A stretch of 64,000 nt of DNA. Source: Spirochaetia bacterium. GTDB taxonomy: Bacteria > Spirochaetota > Spirochaetia > SZUA-6 > Bin103. This document shows, piece by piece, positions 59,637 to 64,000 of the stretch (its first letter is position 1; each line of letters begins with the position of its first letter). Location: the NCBI GenBank assembly GCA_965203515.1, contig OZ241907.1, forward strand, positions 1,696,001 through 1,760,000, read 5' to 3'. The notes beneath the pieces were generated by a model, which saw only the letters and a program-made list of their open reading frames with translations, was not told the DNA's origin and made no database searches. Both the position numbers and the translations under genes were made by a program.

Positions 59637-60953
59637 ATGAAGCTGCTGTTCATGGACCGGCGCGACGTGCATCGGCCCTGGGGCCACGTGCGGTTCCGGC
59701 CTACCCCGTTCCGGTATCTGGGCAGGACCGGGATGCGCGACGTCATCTGCTTTGCGGCGCCCCGACCCGACGGCGCTGCGGACGTGTTCCACTACCGGAT
59801 GAGCCGCCACACGCCCTGGAAGCTGCTGCGCAGCGTGACGGCCGACGGCATCCGGTTCGAGGAGACGCACGTCGTCTGCGAGCGCTCGGAGCACAAGTGG
59901 CACTACGCCGCGCGCATGATGCACAGCCCGGAGCTGGAGCGTTACGTCTTCATGAAGAACGCGTTCCACGACGGCGAGATGCAGATGTACGTCTTCCACA
60001 GCCGCGACGGCGAACGCTGGGAGGAGCATGCTGGCGGCCCGGTGTTCGCCGAGGGCGACGCCTGGGGCGCGATGTGGTCTTCCGCCGCGCAGCGGTTCAT
60101 CTACTACGGCAAGGGCTGGCAGCGCTGGGACAAGGGCGTGCACGACCTGGTGCTCAACGGCCGCCGGGTGGTGACGATCCGCACGAGCCCGGACGGCTTC
60201 CGGTGGACGCCGGACTCCGCCAGCCGGTATTTCGAGGGATCGGAGTACCGCAACGACATGCTGCTGCTGCGCGGGCGGCTGGTGCCGATCGAGTTCCAGA
60301 TCTCGCCGGACGATCGGGACCCGCCGGACCTGGAGTTCTACTCGGCCAACGCCTTCGCGTACGAGGGCCGCTATTACCTCCACATGAACAACTACGCCGG
60401 CAGCTTCATCCAGCCCGGCATCGACCCGATGCGCGCCAATGGCCACGGCGTGTTCCTGCCCTGCGAGCGCTGGATCAGCCGCGACGGCCTGCACTGGAGC
60501 CGGCCGTTCCGGGAGATCGACGTGGGCGCGTTCGCGCTGCACAACCCGATCCTGGCGGGCGGCATGATGCTGTTTCAGCGCGGCGACCGCCTGCACGGGC
60601 TGCCGGCCGACCGGCTGACCTACGTGACCTCACCGACCAATTCCCGGTTCGAGACCGACGAGTTCCGGATGCCGGCCGGCCCGTTGCGGCTCAACGCCAA
60701 GATTCCCGGCGACGAGTACGACAACCAGGAGAACCAGGCCTACGTGATGGCGGAGCTGATCGACGCCCGCGATCGGGTGATCCCCGGCTACGAGCGGGAC
60801 GGCTGCCTGCTGCAGGCGCCGCTCGACCGCCCCGACCACCCGCTGGTCTGGCGGAGCGAAGGCCGGCGCCGCGACGGCTCGGCGCTGGCCGGCTCGCCAG
60901 TGCGGGTCCGCTTCTACGCCCGCGCGTCCGCTGTCTACGCGCTCACCGGATAG
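59637..60953 (+). CDS. Hypothetical protein, possible beta-propeller glycosidase-like
   Basis: Repeated Asp-box-like motifs (TADGIRF, SRDGERW, SPDGFRW, SRDGLHW). Confidence 0.65.
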   Translation: MKLLFMDRRDVHRPWGHVRFRPTPFRYLGRTGMRDVICFAAPRPDGAADVFHYRMSRHTPWKLLRSVTADGIRFEETHVVCERSEHKWHYAARMMHSPELERYVFMKNAFHDGEMQMYVFHSRDGERWEEHAGGPVFAEGDAWGAMWSSAAQRFIYYGKGWQRWDKGVHDLVLNGRRVVTIRTSPDGFRWTPDSASRYFEGSEYRNDMLLLRGRLVPIEFQISPDDRDPPDLEFYSANAFAYEGRYYLHMNNYAGSFIQPGIDPMRANGHGVFLPCERWISRDGLHWSRPFREIDVGAFALHNPILAGGMMLFQRGDRLHGLPADRLTYVTSPTNSRFETDEFRMPAGPLRLNAKIPGDEYDNQENQAYVMAELIDARDRVIPGYERDGCLLQAPLDRPDHPLVWRSEGRRRDGSALAGSPVRVRFYARASAVYALTG

Positions 60954-60982
60954 CCGGTCGGCCGAGCGAGGCGTAGTACCGA

Positions 60983-62311
60983 TCATTCGTCGGGAGGCGC
61001 CAACAACCATTCGCAGGCGGGCTGCGCCACGACGCCGGCCGGCAGGTCGTCGGGGATGCCGTCGCGAACGAGCGTCAGCAGCCGCTTGCCGGCGCCGGGG
61101 AACATCGCTCCGGCGGCGGCGAGCGCGCGCAGTTCACGGTTGGCGGTCGCCGCGTCGGAGAGGTCCGCGCAGACCTGGATCAGTTCCGCTTCGCCGCCGG
61201 CGCGCCGGGCCAGAAAGTCGACCTCGAACCCTTCCCGGCTCCGCACGTAGGTGACGTCATACCGGCGCCGTTCCAGCTCTACCAGGACGGCGGTCTCCAG
61301 CGCGTGGCCGACGTTCGCCCGGCCGGTGCGATCGAACAACGGGATCAATCCCGGATCGACCGGATACGCCTTGCGGGGGTTCACCATGCGCTGGCGCTCC
61401 GACCCGGATTCCATCCACACCAGCCGCACCAGGAAGCAGTCTTCCAGATGGGCCAGGAGCCGATGCAGCGTGTCCCTGCCGATCGCGATGCCCTGCGACC
61501 TGAGCGCGGCGTGAAACTTCTCCACGCTGAACATCGAGCCGGCGTTACCCAGAAGGTGACGGACCAGGGCGCGCAAACCGACCACGTTGCGGACCTCGTG
61601 GCGCTCGATGACGTCGCGCAGCACCGCCACGTCGACGTAGTCGTGGAGCAGCCGGTGCCGCGACGCCGCGTCGAGACCCTGCGCTTCCGGGAATCCGCCC
61701 GCCTGCAGCCAGTCGAGCAGCGCGCGCTCCACCTGGGACCGTTCTTTCGGGGCAAGAAAGCCCGGTTCCGCCGGGACGGGCTGCCGCCGGTGACGCAGGG
61801 CCTCCTCGAACGAGAACGGATGCATCACCACCTGCCACGCACGGCCGCGGAGCGCGGTGGCGATCTCCCGCGACAACAACGCGGCCGACGAACCGGTGAC
61901 GAACACCCGCACCCGGTCGGTGTCGAGCAGGCGGCGCACGAACCGCTCCCACCCGGCGACCATCTGCACCTCGTCGAAGCACCACGTCACCTCGACGTCG
62001 TGAAGGTCGGGAAACCGCCGGTAGTACTCTTCCACCGCCAACCCCAGGTCGCGGCCGTCGAGCCCGGCCAGCCGTTCGTCCTCGAACGACAGGTACGGCA
62101 GGCGCTCCCGGGGCACGCCGCGATCGACGAGGTCGCGGCGCATCCGGTGGAGGAAGGCGGTCTTGCCCGCGCGGCGGATGCCGGTGACCGCGGTCGCCTT
62201 GCCGGCGAACCAAAGCCGGCCGAAGACGCGGCGGGCCGTGTACTCCGGCAGCGGCCGTCGCAGGGAATCGGCGAGCTGCTCGGACAGGACCCGACGCTGC
62301 AGGTCATCCAT
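60983..62311 (-). CDS. AAA_14 + DUF4143 ATP-binding protein
   Basis: GIRRAGKT, FDEVQ, TGSS, GGFPE, RKAYPVDPG and EVDF...IQV. Confidence 0.9.
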   Translation of the reverse strand: MDDLQRRVLSEQLADSLRRPLPEYTARRVFGRLWFAGKATAVTGIRRAGKTAFLHRMRRDLVDRGVPRERLPYLSFEDERLAGLDGRDLGLAVEEYYRRFPDLHDVEVTWCFDEVQMVAGWERFVRRLLDTDRVRVFVTGSSAALLSREIATALRGRAWQVVMHPFSFEEALRHRRQPVPAEPGFLAPKERSQVERALLDWLQAGGFPEAQGLDAASRHRLLHDYVDVAVLRDVIERHEVRNVVGLRALVRHLLGNAGSMFSVEKFHAALRSQGIAIGRDTLHRLLAHLEDCFLVRLVWMESGSERQRMVNPRKAYPVDPGLIPLFDRTGRANVGHALETAVLVELERRRYDVTYVRSREGFEVDFLARRAGGEAELIQVCADLSDAATANRELRALAAAGAMFPGAGKRLLTLVRDGIPDDLPAGVVAQPACEWLLAPPDE

Positions 62312-62321
62312 GTCGTCAATG

Positions 62322-62376
62322 TTCTCCTTGCGAAAAGGAGAAGATACCCGATTTTTCTCCTTTCTGAAAGGAGAAA
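62322..62376. promoter_or_regulatory. Pair of palindromic operator-like sites TTCTCCTT-N5-AAGGAGAA
   Basis: Copies at 62322-62342 and 62355-62375, just upstream of ATG 62311. Confidence 0.7.
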
Positions 62377-62451
62377 TTATCTTAGAAGGCCTTACTTCAA
62401 TGGAATACTATCTTTCACTGCAACTGAATCCCGACATATGTCTGCCCGGAC

Positions 62452-63189
62452 TCACGCCCTCAGCGTCTCGGCCAAGGCGATGCAGTCGTCCGCGGTCAGG
62501 CCATGCGGAGCGGCCGGCGCCTCGGCGCTCCCGTTCGGTCCCCACTCCTGCGGCCGCGGCAGAAAGGCGGTGCGAAAGCCGACCGCCCGCGCCCCGCGCA
62601 GGTCGTCGTCATGCGCCGCCACCATGAGGATCCGCTCCGGCGGCAGGCTCAGGCGAGCGGCTGCGGTGGTATAGACCGCCGGCGCCGGCTTGTAGGTGCG
62701 CGCGTGCTCGGCCGACAGGATGCGGTCGAAGCGCAACCGGTTGTAACTCGCCAAGTCCTCCAGCAGCAAGACGTTGCCGTTCGAGAGCGCGCAGACCCTG
62801 AAGCGCCCGCGCAGCCGCTCCAGCCCCTCCCGCACGTCGGGCCATGACGGCAACCGGTGCCAGGCGTGGTTGAGCCGGCGGCGATCGTCTTCCTCGATCC
62901 CCAGGCCGAGATCGGCCAGCAACCGGTCGAGTATCTCCCGGTGCAGCACGTCGATCGGCGCCCACGGGCGCCGGCCGCTGCGCACCTCTTCCATCGCCGG
63001 CTCGTAGCCGCCGCGCCACGCGTCGGCGAACCGCGCCCAGTCCGTGTCGATACCGGTCCGCCCGCGCAGTTCCCGGCCGGCGTCGATCACCCCGGTGCGC
63101 CAGTCGACCAGCGTGCCGAACACGTCGAAGGTGACCGCTTCGATCGATCCGGGGGCCGGTCCGTCGCCGTCGTTGCCGCGCTGCGCCAC
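62452..63189 (-). CDS. Haloacid dehalogenase type II (HAD family)
   Basis: FDVFGTLVDW, LSNG, YKP and VAAHDDDL motifs. Confidence 0.92.
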   Translation of the reverse strand: MAQRGNDGDGPAPGSIEAVTFDVFGTLVDWRTGVIDAGRELRGRTGIDTDWARFADAWRGGYEPAMEEVRSGRRPWAPIDVLHREILDRLLADLGLGIEEDDRRRLNHAWHRLPSWPDVREGLERLRGRFRVCALSNGNVLLLEDLASYNRLRFDRILSAEHARTYKPAPAVYTTAAARLSLPPERILMVAAHDDDLRGARAVGFRTAFLPRPQEWGPNGSAEAPAAPHGLTADDCIALAETLRA

Positions 63190-63245
63190 GTCGCCGCATC
63201 ATAGCAGCCCGCACGGTGCCCCGGGGCGCCGGAGGAGGAGCGCCG

Positions 63246-64000
63246 ATGCCATACTCGCCCGACGCCGACCTGCCCGCCCGCATCGCGTTCGCCATGGCGT
63301 ACGTGAGCCGCTGGTGCGAGCGCAGTCTGAACGCCGGCGTCCCGGATCCGCACAACTACGGCCGGGCGGTCGACGCGCTCCTGAAGGGAGCCGCGGCGAG
63401 CGGTACGCCGGCCCCGGAGCCGATCGTCGACCGCCTGCGCACCGTGCTGTTGGAACTGACCGACAACCCGCTGGGATTCCCGTACGCCAACGGCCGAACC
63501 GATCCGCACGACCTGCGCGAGATCGTGCAGGCGTTCACGGAGCTCGGTACCGCCCGCGACGACCGCGCCGCCCGCGCGCGGTTGGGCCGGCTGCTCGACG
63601 CATGGCTGCGCCTCACCAACCCGGACGGCACGTGGCGGGCCGATCCGGTAGCGGCCGAGCCCGGCCTGCGCCACCCGGGCTTCACCGACGACCGCCACGG
63701 AGTCGAGTCCCCGCCGCCGCGCTCGCGGACGCGGGCCGTGATGGCGCTCACCCACCTCTTCCGCCTCACCGGCGATCAGCGCGCCCTGGAGCTGGCCGAC
63801 CGCTTCGTGCGGCTGGCGCGCGCCAAGGCGTTCACGGATGACGGCCGGCTCACCATGCAGGCCGGCGTCCATACCCACTCGGTGACCGGCGCCGTGCACG
63901 GCCTTGCCGACTACGGGCTGCTGATCGGCGATCTGGACATCGTCGAACACGCCCGCCGCATCTTCGACGTGGGACTGGCTCCCACGCGCAGCAGCTTCGG
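63246..64000 (+). CDS. Hypothetical protein (possibly alpha/alpha-barrel); 3' end runs off the window
   Basis: GGAGGAGGAG RBS then ATG 63246 (MPYSPDADLPARIAFAMAY...). The frame appears open to the window end. Confidence 0.65.
   Translation, partial: MPYSPDADLPARIAFAMAYVSRWCERSLNAGVPDPHNYGRAVDALLKGAAASGTPAPEPIVDRLRTVLLELTDNPLGFPYANGRTDPHDLREIVQAFTELGTARDDRAARARLGRLLDAWLRLTNPDGTWRADPVAAEPGLRHPGFTDDRHGVESPPPRSRTRAVMALTHLFRLTGDQRALELADRFVRLARAKAFTDDGRLTMQAGVHTHSVTGAVHGLADYGLLIGDLDIVEHARRIFDVGLAPTRSSF

Overview
High-GC bacterial genomic window, almost fully coding. I found no rRNA, tRNA, CRISPR array, integrase or true transposase. The backbone contains a MoxR/DUF58/BatA-E (Bat) operon, a Zn/Mn ABC importer with a Fur-family regulator, PEP carboxylase, many catabolic enzymes, a sigma54-driven beta-barrel/DUF4390-like/histidine kinase/NtrC-type operon, SulP, a MerR-like HTH plus VIT-vWA pair, and galM. 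Two accessory blocks look like defence or conflict systems. Block 1 (18918-23994) is a tightly coupled cassette: amino-DNA methyltransferase, MORC/GHKL-ATPase-histidine-kinase fusion, receiver protein and ComEC-type metallo-beta-lactamase nuclease. It looks like a restriction-modification-like system with a built-in phosphorelay. Block 2 (28456-39658) contains an RNA ligase, an AAA_14/DUF4143 ATPase, an Rpn nuclease with a probable nested antitoxin, and a SAM methyltransferase frameshifted at a 21-nt homopolymer. It also holds a three-gene unit in which a CARF/RtcR-like sigma54 activator is followed directly by a near-consensus -24/-12 promoter, a 1292-aa DNA MTase-TRD-Ig-like-STAND-like ATPase fusion, and a degenerate ATPase with a possible HEPN tail. 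All product calls come from reading motifs by eye; no searches were run, so novelty is unverified.
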